A stretch of 64,000 bases of DNA, taken from NCBI RefSeq assembly GCF_030684315.1, contig NC_081381.1, positions 27,965,811 through 28,029,810 of the forward strand, given 5' to 3'. Below, one piece after another: positions 25,687 to 38,040 of the stretch. Under the pieces are notes generated by a model. It worked only from the letters and a program-made list of their open reading frames with translations. It was not told where the DNA came from and made no database searches. Origin of the DNA: Stegostoma tigrinum (lineage: Eukaryota). The position numbers and the translations under genes are program-made. The first letter of the stretch is position 1, and each line of letters starts with the position of its first letter.

Positions 25687-27544
25687 CTGTAAGAAAGAAA
25701 AGGGGTGTGAAGCAGTACCATGCAGCATCCATTACAGAGCAGACACTGAGGAGAGAGCACCAAACCCCATCTTACAAAGTCCTGTCGTCCCCAGGCATTG
25801 ACTTCATCTAGGCCTTGAGCTACCTCCATTGTCATGACAACCTAGGCCTGGTACTTTTCCTGCATACAGCAGCAGCAAGGCCTCAGATTTCTCCTTCATT
25901 GCAGGCAAATCCTCCTGCTGCATTCCAGCGAGACTGAATCAGTTTTACCTCATAATCAACTCCTGCCCTGTTTAGAGCTACGTTAATAGTGAAGGTTGAG
26001 GCATCATGGTGGGGTTCAAGCGAGGGCTGCTCCTCGGGTTTGTATCTCACTACAAAGTTCAGAAACGAGAACGCCTGGGAGGCAGAAATTTAACATGGAA
26101 GAAATAAAACCAGCATTAGTAACCATGGCGATAAAAGTCAAAGTTGTTACAGTTTATAATCATTTTAGATGCTCATTTTAGTCCCTGCTCCTATTGGATT
26201 TTATCCCTAATTTATTAAAGTAAAAGTTTATTACTAAGTAGAATAACTTGACAATTAGTTTCTTTTCCTGTGTTACTTTTACAGTTTCTTTCTAGACATC
26301 ACTGCCTCTTGTGCGGAGTTGCACAGATACTGCTGCTTCTGCGATGACACCAAAGGGGTCATGCTTCAGACAAAGAAGATATTATGAAGTTATTCAACAG
26401 TGGTAACATGAGAGCAAAGTTCAGTCTGATCTCAGACTTTTCCACACACAAACACTTTCTATCGATAGTAACAGGGCAGGGATCAGGAACAGGAGCTCCA
26501 ATCTCTCATGGGCATACAGCGTGTTGTGATCAGTGAATTCCCGGTTACTATCTAAGCTACAGGGTATCCCAAGAAAATTCCCTGATCTGCTGTGAGAAAA
26601 ATCAAAGGCAAATTTTTTAAAAATGTGTTAAAAGCTATTGGAAACAGCAAAGAGCTTTTTAATTGGTTGGAACAGTTGGCCTGATGGCCATTATGATAAA
26701 ACTTCCAGGAATATGCCCAAGCAGTTTTGTCAACATTGACTGTGGAAAGGTTTGCTGCAAAGTGTTTCATTTCATGCTTGAACCTTAGGTTTCAAACACC
26801 AAGCCTTGATCAGATCTTAACATTTGCACTGCTGATGAGGAAACTGTTAAGCTGAAGTATTTCCATATCTGCTGCTATATTGTCCTAATTTTAAGCAATT
26901 ATAGAGAGGGTGAGAAATTACTCTAAATGTATTCAACAGTTTTAGTGTCTTTGTTTCCAAATCATTTTCTCAAGTACCAAACATCTAGGTAGAATCAACA
27001 GGAACTTAAATTCTGGTCCCTGCATGAATAAACTCAACATATTATTCATTCAAAAGTTACATTTACCGTGCTGTAGCAGAGGCAGCAGCCTCTTCAGTGA
27101 ATCAATGAAGCCATATCGCCGCTCTGTCCGCATCACCTGGAAACTTGGTTTGTGAAATGTAATTTATCTAGACTTGGTCTGCTCTTAGTTCTCAACAACA
27201 TGCTGCTTCTTGACAAAACATATCAATTCTCACATGTATGTTGATCACATGCATCTTTTACCATTGTCTCTTGAAATTCCCCCAATGCCTCCAATTGTAC
27301 AGATCCTTTGTCAACGTACTGTATGGGATGAGTAGAAAGTCTCTGCAACTAAATATTAGACAGACCAAAGACATTTTCCGTTCCTGCCACAAACACAGTT
27401 CCCTAGGCACCGAATCCACTTTTCCCGGCTACTCTGCAGGGAGGTACAGTCTTTTTGCAACTTTAGCTTTCTGATTCTGAGCAGAGCTTCTGATCCCATA
27501 TTTATTTTGTGACCAAGATTGTCTGCTTATGTTTGTGACATCAG

Positions 27545-27880
27545 CCATCCCTGCTTCAGCTCATCAGCCACTGAAAACCTCACCCCTGCTTTTATTCCCT
27601 CCCAACTTGACTGTTCCAACATTCTTCTGACAAGCCTCCCCTCTTTCCTTTTCCATAACCTTAAGTACCTCTAAAACTCTGCTACCCTCATCAAGACTGG
27701 GACAAGGTTTAACCGTCACCTCTATTCTCACTAATCTTGAATGACTCAGGTTTAAGATAAATATGTTACAATTTTAATCTTTATTTTAAGATCCCTCCAG
27801 TTCCTCATCCCTCCTTATCTCTGTAAACCTCTCTGAGGTCTCTGCGCTTGCAACTCTGGTCTGTTAGGCATTCCCTATTA
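27545..27880 (+). mobile_element. L2-type LINE 3' relic
   Basis: Degenerate ExLxxAFIxSxLDxSNxLLxxLP...NSA reverse-transcriptase C-terminal motif. Confidence 0.55.
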
Positions 27881-28094
27881 TAAAGGCTTAGCTAACACAG
27901 ACTATCTCAATCTTTTGACTGCTATTGCCTGCAGAATTGTCAGTCTCAGGGTGTGATTAAAATTGACCCATTTTCCTGGTAATACTGGGTTTTAATTGGA
28001 TATTAATGCATTATGTACTCTAGTAGAGTGAAAGGAAACAACTAACCAATCACAGAATGGACTGGAGAATGCAGCACTGGACAGCTGGACTGAC

Positions 28095-28241
28095 CTTGGT
28101 GTAATAGCCTGGGTAGATCTTTTCTGTTAAAGGTGCAATATATTCTCTTAAAAACTTCTGCCATTCTTTCTCATATCCAATCTGATTCATGTGAATATCA
28201 ATTGTTGGCACATTTTCATATCCACCCTGAATACGTGTGTC
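28095..28241 (-). CDS. PLOD1: PLOD1 exon 17
   Basis: [22 protein letters not shown]...YPGYYTK; 147 nt. Confidence 0.96.
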
Positions 28242-28326
28242 CTGAGATAGAAATGGAAAAATCATTTAGAAAATGTGTTCAGATACACAGAAGTAATACT
28301 TGATCTTTGATCTTTAGCATTCTCAC

Positions 28327-28431
28327 CTTATTGTCTCCAGTTGACCACTGTCCATAATGCTCCATCTCCTCAACAATGTCATCACAGGCTCGTTCAGTGA
28401 AAATAGGGAACCAGTATACATCTGGACAAGG
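28327..28431 (-). CDS. PLOD1: PLOD1 exon 16
   Basis: [35 protein letters not shown]; 105 nt. Confidence 0.96.
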
Positions 28432-29360
28432 CTGTAAAACAACACCAACATGTATCAAATACATGGTTTAGAATCTACCACATGGCCCAATTGCCTGTAC
28501 AGCAGGCAATTATTGTGTGTTGGACTATGTCAATCAATGTTCATGAAACTGGATTATCTCAAAATCTGTCACATGATCATACCTAACACATATACCAACA
28601 TGGAAGTTTATCGCTCTGCAGCACTTATAGATGTCATGTGCTTATATGCACATCTCACAGTGACCCCTACCAGATTTCACACTGGAATGCAAGCACTACT
28701 TTTATCGTTATATACAACGACTACACATTACCCTGTTGACACTATTGTCACATGTGACCATTGCACATGACAATTACACTCAATTTTAAAAACAAGACCT
28801 TCTAGAAACATCAAAAATAGAACCATTTGATCACTTATTATGATTCAATATGATCAAGCCTGATCTTCCAACTCAGTACCCTGTTCCTGCTTTGTCCCCA
28901 TAACCTTTGATCCCTTTAGCCCTAATAATTTTATTTATCTGAATGTTGAAAACATTTCAATTTTTGGCCTCAACTGCATTGTGTGCAGAGCAAACAGCAG
29001 GCTCACCAGGCCCTAGGTGGAGAAATTTCTCATCTCAGTCCTAAATAGCCTACCCATATCCTTAAACCATGACCCCCAATTTTGGGGTCTGCAGTAATCG
29101 AGAACATCCTAACTGTGTTTGTTCTGTTCCCTGAACCACCAAGAGTTGATCTATTCCAGCTTCACTTGCTGATCTCAATACACGGTCAGAAGATAGCTGG
29201 GGGTGAAAATGGATTTCATTGCACACACTTCTCCCAAAGACACAATGCATTGTGGCAACATCAGTTGCCAGATTCTAACGCAGACTGGATCAGGATGACT
29301 ATGTAAGTACTCAGATGTTGGTCAGTAGCCCACGCATTCATTCATATAGCAGATCTTTAC

Positions 29361-29426
29361 CTGTAGAAGGATCTTGTTTTCCATTATTGAGCTGTAGTTC
29401 TCATGAATGTACTTATCTTCCCAATC
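29361..29426 (-). CDS. PLOD1: PLOD1 exon 15
   Basis: DWEDKYIHENYSSIMENKILLQ; 66 nt. Confidence 0.94.
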
Positions 29427-29946
29427 CTGTAACACAAACAAAGGAAAATGGATGGAATGCCATTCATACCTGTTGTGCTGTGTTGTGTCTTTGCAGGCCT
29501 TTCACTCTCTTTAGTCAATATGTCAGAGCAAATAACTTGGACTCTTAACACAGCTATTCTGAATTATTAGTCAGAGATCAATTAAATAAACAGAGAAAAG
29601 GAGATAGTCCTTATTTTGATTCAACTTCATTTGGTATTTTAAAAGGAAAGTGCACAAATATTTCAGTAATTACAGCACAAATATTTGAGTAATGAACTGG
29701 AATATATTGCTTCTTTCTTTCGACCCTGCTGTTCCAGGGGCCTTGAGTGACACCAGGAACTCTTCCACAATTCGATGCTTTGCTCAACATTGAAGCAGAC
29801 AGGAACTCTGGGATCACAAGATTTTGGGTTCAGTCTCATGCTATACGGTGAATCACACAAAACATAAATGAGTTCAGTCCCATTACTGTATCTCAGGTTT
29901 AGAGGTCTAACTCCCACCTCCCCCACTCTCTGCATTTTAGGTGTAC

Positions 29947-30060
29947 CTGTGGGTTTTCAGAGATCTGCCACAGGTCATTGTGCAGGTGATCAGTATGATA
30001 ATTTGCCAGGGAGAGAATGCGTCCAAATTCATGCCTGTTGGTGATGTACATGAAGATTCC
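29947..30060 (-). CDS. PLOD1: PLOD1 exon 14
   Basis: [16 protein letters not shown]...[14 protein letters not shown]; 114 nt. Confidence 0.95.
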
Positions 30061-30244
30061 CTACAGCAAAAAAAAACCGCACAGATTAATCCTGATACTC
30101 AGGTGTATGTGCGCGCGTTTGTGTGCGTGTGTGCGCGCATGATCACAACTTCTAATTCCTGCCAAGAGGCTCCATTTCCTATGCATAATCTCTGAGGAAG
30201 ATGCTCTGGTGAGCTACTCACTTGTTGGGGAGCAGCACACTCAC

Positions 30245-30386
30245 CTGTTCCCTAATATTGTGACAGAAAGCCATGTCTGTGTCCAAGCTGCCAGCATGGT
30301 AGAGATCTTTCTCAGTCAGGACTAACTGAAGCAAAGTGCCTTGGATTAGGTATACACTGGAGATGTATGGAACATTCCAGAGGCCA
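30245..30386 (-). CDS. PLOD1: PLOD1 exon 13
   Basis: GLWNVPYISSVYLI...DTDMAFCHNIREQ; 142 nt. Confidence 0.95.
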
Positions 30387-31097
30387 CTGCACAGAAACAG
30401 AGCACATTAGTACCTGAAAGTAATTTAAATCTTTGGCAAATTATGCAGATCACTGTCTTTCCTGGGAACTATGAATGTCAATTCCCAATGACAACTCCTA
30501 TTTGCTGCCCTTCAGCCTAACTGGTGCCTCTTTAACAGATTGCTGCAAATTGTATCCACATTGTTCCACTGGGAAACCATTCTATTTCCCCACTGCCAAG
30601 TATCAGGAAAACTATCATCTGCAGGTCAATCCATTTTTTAAATTCATGACCTGTGGCTGTCACTGATAAGACTAATATTTAATCAAGAAAAAACAGTGGT
30701 GAGTCACCTTCTCAAACTGCTGCACTCATGTACTGTATGTACACCCACTATATTGTTAGGGAAGGATTCTCGAGGTTTTATCCCAATGATGAAGAAACAG
30801 CCATGTCAAATGATTCTCTGAAATGTTGATTTAAGTCCAGTCATGAAAGAGAATCTTTCACCCCCAGCCTAATGGTTCAATAAGAAGCAAATTTAAAGTG
30901 AATCTGAACCCAGCTGTGAATGAGCCAAAGTGGATCCAATCCTGCTATGAAGATCAAAATTGGAAGGAAACTGGATTTCATCCAAATTCAACTAAAATAG
31001 TCCACTGTGGAGTGAATCCAGAGTAGAACCAACCTATCTATAATTGTCCAAAGGGAAGGGAGTTTGCAATGGATCCACAACACATATTGCCCACTGA

Positions 31098-31418
31098 TCA
31101 TAGAATCCCTACAGTGTGGAAACATGCCCTTCAGCCCAACAAGTCCACACCAAACCTCACAGCATTCCATCCAGACCCATCCCCCCTATAACCCACCTAA
31201 TCTACACCTCCCTGAACACTTTGAGCAATTTAGCATGGCCAATCCACCTAGCCTGCACATCTTTGGACTGTGGGAGGAAACCAGAGCACCCAGAGGAAAC
31301 CCACACAGACACAGGGAGAATGTGCAAACTCCTCACAGACAGTCGCCCGAGGGTGGAATCAAACCCGGGTCCCTGGTGCTGTGAGGCTGCGCTGCTAACC
31401 ACTGAGCCACCGTGCCGC
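31098..31418 (-). mobile_element. HE1-like (V-SINE) SINE, near full length
   Basis: GGCGGCACGGTGGCTCAGTGGTTAGC head, GGTTTGATTCC B box, V-domain, GATTCTATGA tail. Confidence 0.85.
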
Positions 31419-31780
31419 CTTATAGCTAGAAGTGATCAGCAACACACCAACAATTTTGTTCTCAGTAAGCTCCAAAGAAAACTGATGCTGGAATTCTACT
31501 TTTGAAGTGAGTTTGCGAAAAGCGTTTGTTCAGATTGGGGTGTCAGAGTCTGTGTGGCAACATGTGCAATAGATTGTTGCCCTTTGCATTTTTCAACTCG
31601 ATGAGAGTGAAATGCTCCCCAAAAATATAATTACACCTATCTAATAGCACTACTGCAACGATTCATGTGGAGATCAGATACAGGGCTTCTCGGTATATTA
31701 AGGTACTTCTGCCTATTCGGGAGGTGATTGACAATATCATAATGTTTGAGAATGAAAGTGTTTTTAAGGTTGATACTTAC

Positions 31781-31906
31781 ATTCTGTGTTGCTGAACAAT
31801 ATCTACATAATCCTCTGATCGGGCATAATATCCATCAACATCAAGTGCCCCCCAGAAGTTAGACCACAGCTTCCTGTGGCGACTGATTAGAGGTGCCAGT
31901 ATCGGT
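31781..31906 (-). CDS. PLOD1: PLOD1 exon 12
   Basis: [37 protein letters not shown]; 126 nt. Confidence 0.96.
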
Positions 31907-32756
31907 CTGCAAGGATCAAGATATTTGATGACATTTATTATAAAGGTTAGAGCCATTCTAAACTCAAAAAAAGCATTACAATTCTTCAGTGCTTACTATA
32001 AGTAAGCTTCCATATCTGAAGGAATGTGGCTCTGAATTCCATTTCTACACTTAAACCAAATTCTTATTCTTTTTGCCTGGTTTACCAGCAGCTCAGGTTA
32101 TCATAATTAACATCAACCCCCAAAGTACTGTGGCATAATATCATACTTCTCATCCACTGAGTATTTTGTAAGCCTCTGAAAGGTTACTTTCCATTAATAT
32201 TTTCCTTAAGGGCTTCTCATCAATGACCTTCCACTTGGATCAAAGAAATAATTAAAATTAATCAACAAGGTTGTTCACAAGAGTTTGAGATGCGATAATG
32301 CACAAATGCAAATCATTGTGAAATAATACTGTTCTGTATTAAATAATCCAATTGACACAGAGAGTGCCCATCACATTTTGTCGTTTACAGTAGCTAACTC
32401 CTGAATGTCTGCAATCTTAAGTGACTTCACATTCCTTTCCAAGGACTTAATTACTTCATGTTTTCCTGGCTCTCAGTTCATGGAGTATTACTTGGCTGAA
32501 AGATTTAAAACAGCTCTCTCTCCATTGTAGCTCCTTTCCACTTTTCTAGTCCTTTGCTTCCCTTTGTAGCTCCCGTCCTCACGTTGCAGCTTCACTCACC
32601 TACAGCCCTAAGGCCCTCACCCTCACCAACTCCCTCATCCCCTGCACAACAGCTGAGTTTCCCAGGCTGCAGCCTCATTAGCCTTGCTTTCTTGCCCTCC
32701 AATAGTTTCTGGCCTCACCAGCCTCTCTTTTCTGACTCTCTCCACCCCCCCATTTA

Positions 32757-33778
32757 CTGGATGTAAGTTTGCTCACTGAGCTGGAAGGTTCATTTTCAGA
32801 CCTTTCGTCACCATTCTAGGTAACATCATCAGTGAGCCTCCGGTGAAGCGCTGGTGTTATGTCCCGCTTTCTATTTATGAGTTTAGGTTTCCTTGGGTTG
32901 GTGATGTCACTTCCTGTGTTGATGTCATTTCCTGTTCTTTTTCTCAGAGGGTGGCAGATGGGCTCCAAATCAATGTGTTTGTTGATGGAGTTCCGGTTGG
33001 AATGCCATGCTTCTAGGAATTCTCGTGCGTGTCTCTGTTTGGCTTGTCCTAGGATGGATGTGTTGTCCCAATCAAAGTGGTGTCCTTCCTCATCTGTATG
33101 TAAGGATACTAGTGATAGTGGGTCATGTTGTTTTGTGGCTAGTTGATGTTCATGTATCCTGGTGGCTAGCTTTCTGCCCGTTTGTCCAATGTAGTGTTTG
33201 TCACAGTTCTTGCAAGGTATTTTGTAAATTACGTTCGTAAATGATGTACAAAATACCTTGCAAGAACTGTGACAAACACTACATTGGACAAACGGGCAGA
33301 AAGCTAGCCACCAGGATACATGAACATCAACTAGCCACAAAAAGACATGACCCACTATCACTAGTATCCTTACATACAGATGCGGAAGGACACCACTTTG
33401 ATTGGGACAACACATCCATCCTAGGACAAGCCAAACAGAGACACGCACGAGAATTCCTAGAAGCATGGCATTCCAACCGGAACTCCATCAACAAACACAC
33501 TAATTTGGAGACCATCTACCACCCTCTGAGAAAAAGAATAGGAAATGACATCACCAACACAGAAAATGACATCAACACAGGAACTGACATCACCAACCCA
33601 AGGAAACCTAAACACATAAATAGAAAGCGGGACATAACACTAGTGCTTCACTGGAGGCTCACTGATGATGTTATCTAGAATGGTGACGAAACATCTGAAA
33701 ATGAACCTTCCAGCTCAGCGAGCAAACTTACATCCAGAACCTCAACCTGAGCTACAAATCTTCTCAAAACTCGCTACA
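32757..33778. mobile_element. Penelope-like element (second family) as a ~1-kb head-to-head inverted duplication of GIY-YIG plus terminal repeat; 10-bp TSD
   Basis: YKIPCKNCDKHYIGQTGRKLATRIHEH on both strands; arms 32757-33226 and 33247-33737; CCCCATTTAC at 32748-32757 and 33779-33788. Confidence 0.9.
33659..33698 (+). ncRNA. Minimal hammerhead ribozyme core; mirror copy on - at about 32797-32835
   Basis: tca-CTGATGA-TGTTATCTAGAATGGTGAC-GAAAC-ATC-tga; the mirror copy reads GAAAG-GTC. Confidence 0.55.
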
Positions 33779-35165
33779 CCCCATTTACCCCATCTGCAAT
33801 GGCCAGCTTCATTTCATCCAGCCTCTGAAGCCTTGCCCACTGCTGCCTTTCACTTTCCCTGTGCTGTTCCTGTTACAGGCTGCCTCTCTCCTGCTTATCA
33901 GTAGCAACCAGGCATCATCAGTGAAAAAGCTCCTCAGGATTTTTAACAGTTTCATGCATGGAAGTGACTTCTCTGCTGTTGGTGGTCCCCATTATGATAC
34001 TTTAAAGGGATTGTGGGTGCTTGTGCTGATTTTGCCTGCTGCCTTTGAGTATTTTGAGTCCAGCTATAATGAACTGAGTTGTTCGATATCTTTCTGCTCA
34101 ATAGTCACATTGGGCAGATTTGGGCAAGTCTTGATGCATTGCAGATCTCTTAGATGTAGGAGATTATAGGTCTGGCAACCCAGAAGGAACATTACCCTCA
34201 AATAAATAGGGAAGAACACTTAAGTATTGCAATAAGGGAAACTCTCCTTCATTCAATTATGGCTGGTCTGGTTGATACATCTGGTATTGTTGATATGATC
34301 ATGTACAAGGAACCAAAGATATCATTAGCTGGTCATTTGTTTTGATTTATATTTCCTGTTGAGAGTGTGACAAACTGGATTTTTGGTGAATGCCCCAGGT
34401 CATTTTTAGTACCATCAATGGGAGGAGGTTGAACCAGGCTGTTTGATCTGTCCACCCAATGTTCTTGTTTGATGTAGCTTAACACATTGAGTTTGTGCTG
34501 CTAAGCACCGAGACAGGTGGCAAAGATGGACACCACAGCCTGTTCTGAGGATGTCATACTGCTACGACAACGCTTGCTCTGCCAGGATGCATTTGCACAT
34601 AATGATGTCATCGTGCAAGTGCTGATAAATAAAACACCTTTGCCCATTTGTGAATGCGTCATGAAACATGTGGGTGAACAACAGCCTCAAGTTCACTCAG
34701 TCTATGGTTCTGCACACATTTTTCCAAGAATTATAAACAGTCTTTTCTCCCATTTCTGGTGGATTGCTTACCTCCTTCTGTTTTGCATGGTTTCATTTGA
34801 TTGCATTTCTTCCTACTATAATCCTCTACTCACAGTGGAACACTGGGGACTTTCTGTCCTGCCATGTTGAAATGATATTCCATATAGTTAACGTCAGTGA
34901 GCTGATGCTGAGGAGTTTAATGCAATTCAGCAGTGTGTTTAAACGACCAGAATCACCTTTGTTCCTGGTGCCTACTGTTCCATTACTTTGCAGTGACATA
35001 GCACCACAAAGAAGTGTTTCTGTAAATGAACCATCTCTGCTTCACCTTGTGGGGTGTTGACAGAAAATGTAGCCTTAACTCTTATCTCTCGCCCATCCTT
35101 CCCAACCAAATTTCAACTGGAAAGTAACAGATAAAGAGGTGGGTCTGTCAGGTGCTTTTTCTGAC

Positions 35166-35270
35166 CTGTTCTGTTCAATGAGGAGTTTCAGGATGTCAGG
35201 ATTCAGCAGTACAACTTCAACGTCAACACTGAAGTAATAATCACATGTCACATCTTGCCGGCACAGGTCA
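35166..35270 (-). CDS. PLOD1: PLOD1 exon 11
   Basis: [34 protein letters not shown]; 105 nt. Confidence 0.95.
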
Positions 35271-36826
35271 CTGTGGTCAGAAGAATTAAACTGTAGATTT
35301 TGCAAACAGCAATTCTAATGCAAACAGTCAGAATTTTCATACAGAGGCACCAGAACATACTCCTATGTATTGTATTCTTATCAGTGAAAACAATTTATAT
35401 TTGTACACGTTAATGTAGTAGAATATTCCACGGTACCTCACAGGTGCATAATCCGATTAAATCTGACAGTGCACCAGAGGATAGGTGATGAAAGCCTTAT
35501 AAAATTAATAGTTTTAATGAGCATCTTAAATAAAAAGTAGAGGTGGAAAGATTTAGGGATGCAATTCTAGAGTTTAGACCTTAAACGCCTGAAAGGATGG
35601 TCACAAATAGTGGAGAAAAGGGTGTGAAGAATGCATGAGATTCATGGTTGAACACAAGTATATAAATGTGTATAGATACATTAATGTGCATCTGCAAGGG
35701 TACACACATATATTGTGAAAGAGTAATGCATTTACTTCATGTACACAATCCATTAACATATCAATGCAAGGAAATAGCTAATAGAAATAATTAAAAACCT
35801 TGATTAAAGAACCACATTCTCATTTTTCTATGCAGAGTTGAGAGAAAGATTTTTCATAAAGATTTGCACTTCTAAGCATATTTCATGATTTCAAGATGTT
35901 ACAAAAAGTAATCATTTTTCTAATGGTGGAAACAGCAGTCAATGGCATGGTCTCAGAAGCAGCCATGTAATAATGGCTAGCTTATGTGTTTTACTGATAT
36001 TGAGCATAATTTTTCTAGCAGTGGAGGTGGTAAAAGATATGACGTGAAAGGGAAATAGTGGGGCAACTTTACATAGAGCCAAACTCAATGTCTTTTGCGC
36101 CCTCAGCAACGAAGTGCTGGGTAAGATGGTCAAATGAGGACAGCAATTAAAGTCCTTAAGTGGTCAATTAATGGCCTCAACCAATCACCTCCCTGATTGC
36201 CTGCCTTCCCTGCCAGACCAGAAAAGTGTCTTAATTTCCTGACGGGACACCATCTTGACCCACCTATTAGATTGGGGTGGGAGCTTCTAATTGCTTCAGT
36301 CTGAAGGTAATCAGAGGCATGAATGGTGAGTATGAGAGGTAGCCTTTGAAAGTCACACCCATGCCCCTCCGTCTAACCCCTCTGAACCCACCTGAACCTG
36401 TGAACCGCACGTCACGACGAGGAATTATAATGTGACCACCCTTCTCACCTCTAGATCCCCCAAGGTCTCGGCTAGCAATCTTTGAGATCCAGAAGCTACA
36501 CACCCAATATGGGAAAATTTGACCTACTGGTTAAGGGGCAAATATTGGTACAGTCTACTAAGAAATTCTTTGATCTTAAAAAGATCCTACAAAGCTGCTT
36601 TGATGTTTCCTTGAGAAGGTAGACAGGACCTCATTATATCTCATCTGAGAACAGATATCCTCAAACCAGAGTGCACTTGAGTGGGTCAATATGGATTATG
36701 TGGTCAAGTCCCAGAGACGTAGTTCGAATCCCCAGTTAAACGAAAAGGGCTATCAACAGCAGACATGATGCAATATCAGTGGACAACATGAGACTCCATT
36801 TCTAATTAATGCTCTTTGTTACTCAC

Positions 36827-36948
36827 ATGCCCATGTTGCGAGCATCTGCATTGGCAATCTCCTCATCTGGTCCAACTACTTTCACATTCTGGTACTTGTC
36901 TCCATGTTCCTCCACAAACTGCCACGCATGCTGCTCATGGTGGTTTTG
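36827..36948 (-). CDS. PLOD1: PLOD1 exon 10
   Basis: QNHHEQH...VKVVGPDEEIANADARNMG; 122 nt. Confidence 0.94.
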
Positions 36949-37194
36949 CTGTTAATATAGAGAAAGAGGGAGTCTCTAAGTATAACATTGCCAAATCAGA
37001 CAGTCGCACTTCATCCTCTGTACTCAACTTCCTTTAGCACTGGCACTATCTGATAACATATCAATCAATATATCACTAGTCCTTTTTAGGAAGCATTGAA
37101 TAAACAAAGGAGTGATTTAGAATTTTCCCAACTGATCAGCAAGGCAAGGATTCCAACAGCAAAATAAATTATAGATAGCAGGATGGACACTCAC

Positions 37195-37326
37195 TGTATT
37201 GTGAATGAAGATTTGGAGTTGTTTCTTTGGATAATTCAAATTCACTAAACGCTCAAAGAAATCCTCTACAAAGGGTGTCGGCTGCTCAATGAAGATTCCA
37301 ATGAACACAGTAGGGAATTCACTGTC
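37195..37326 (-). CDS. PLOD1: PLOD1 exon 9
   Basis: DSEFPTVFIGIFIEQPTPF...YPKKQLQIFIHNT; 132 nt. Confidence 0.95.
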
Positions 37327-37585
37327 CTAAACATGAGAAAAACAAGCTCACTCACCAGTTTGCAAAATGATCAATGAATCAGGATTGCAGATTTGAGAAC
37401 GCTATTCATTCTCAGGTATATCTCATGACTGGGGGTACACGGAGAGATCTCAAATTTATTAGCTCAAGCCACTGGGCCGAGGAGATTTAATACTGCAAGT
37501 CACACTGCACCTGTAAACATCAATACTGCCTGTCCCAGCTTACACAGCTGGTATCAAATGAAGAATTTGGACCAGAGTCACTCAC

Positions 37586-37687
37586 CTTCTTTTCTGCTAA
37601 ACTTATTGTGTTTTTATCACATTCTGTGCAGCCAGTTTCAAAGGTCCAGACCTTTGGAATGTAGTTCCCCATATAGTTCAGCTGCAT
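37586..37687 (-). CDS. PLOD1: PLOD1 exon 8
   Basis: [24 protein letters not shown]; 102 nt; acceptor is AAG. Confidence 0.93.
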
Positions 37688-37734
37688 CTTAAAAGTGAAG
37701 AATTCAAACAGTTAGAATAATTTGGTAGAAACAA

Positions 37735-38040
37735 GAAATGTTTCCTCTAGTTGATAGACTTGAACTAGGTGGCACAATTTAAAAATAAGGGGCATAACAC
37801 CTAGGTGCAAGGTGAAGTTTTTTTACTCAGGTGGTTGTGAGCCTTTGGAATTCTCTAACCTAGAGGTCTGTGGAGGCTTAGTCTGAGTATGTTAAAAGAG
37901 AAACTTTAAGATTTGTGATTACGTGTGTCATGCAGGGTTTTGGAAATAGGATAAGGAAACAGCATTGAAGTGTTCAGCTGTGATTGTTTTGAATGGTGGG
38001 GCAGGCTTGATGGGCTGAATGGCCTATTTCTTTTCCTATG
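37735..38040 (+). mobile_element. CR1 LINE 3' fragment
   Basis: TTTTTTACTCAGGTGGTTGTGAGCCTTTGGAATTCTCTA...GGGCTGAATGGCCTA. Confidence 0.7.

Noticed and set aside
30103-30140. Alternating purine-pyrimidine stretch with Z-DNA potential (also 61293-61318)
   Set aside because: Short, interrupted microsatellite-type sequence that is common in vertebrate introns and UTRs.
30220-30244. Second GTGAGT donor 23 nt into PLOD1 intron 13, or a PLOD2-like exon 13A
   Set aside because: Using it would shift the frame, and I found no convincing cassette exon in the 184-nt intron.
31340-31418. tRNA gene candidates (also at 9993, 20490, 2462 and about 49500-49578)
   Set aside because: They are SINE heads that continue into SINE bodies and lack a complete cloverleaf.
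33540-33600. Short direct repeats (AAATGACATCA..., 21-bp units) resembling a CRISPR-like array
   Set aside because: They are tandem units inside a Penelope terminal region with no unique spacers, in a eukaryotic intron.
33900-34660. Possible degenerate non-LTR ORF2 fragment (also about 41800-42640)
   Set aside because: The composition suggests old LINE relics, but I could not read diagnostic motifs with enough confidence to assign them.
37686-37700. AAG acceptor of PLOD1 exon 8 as a non-canonical or minor-spliceosome intron
   Set aside because: It is still GT-AG, and the upstream donor (GTAGGT) is not the U12 consensus GTATCCT.
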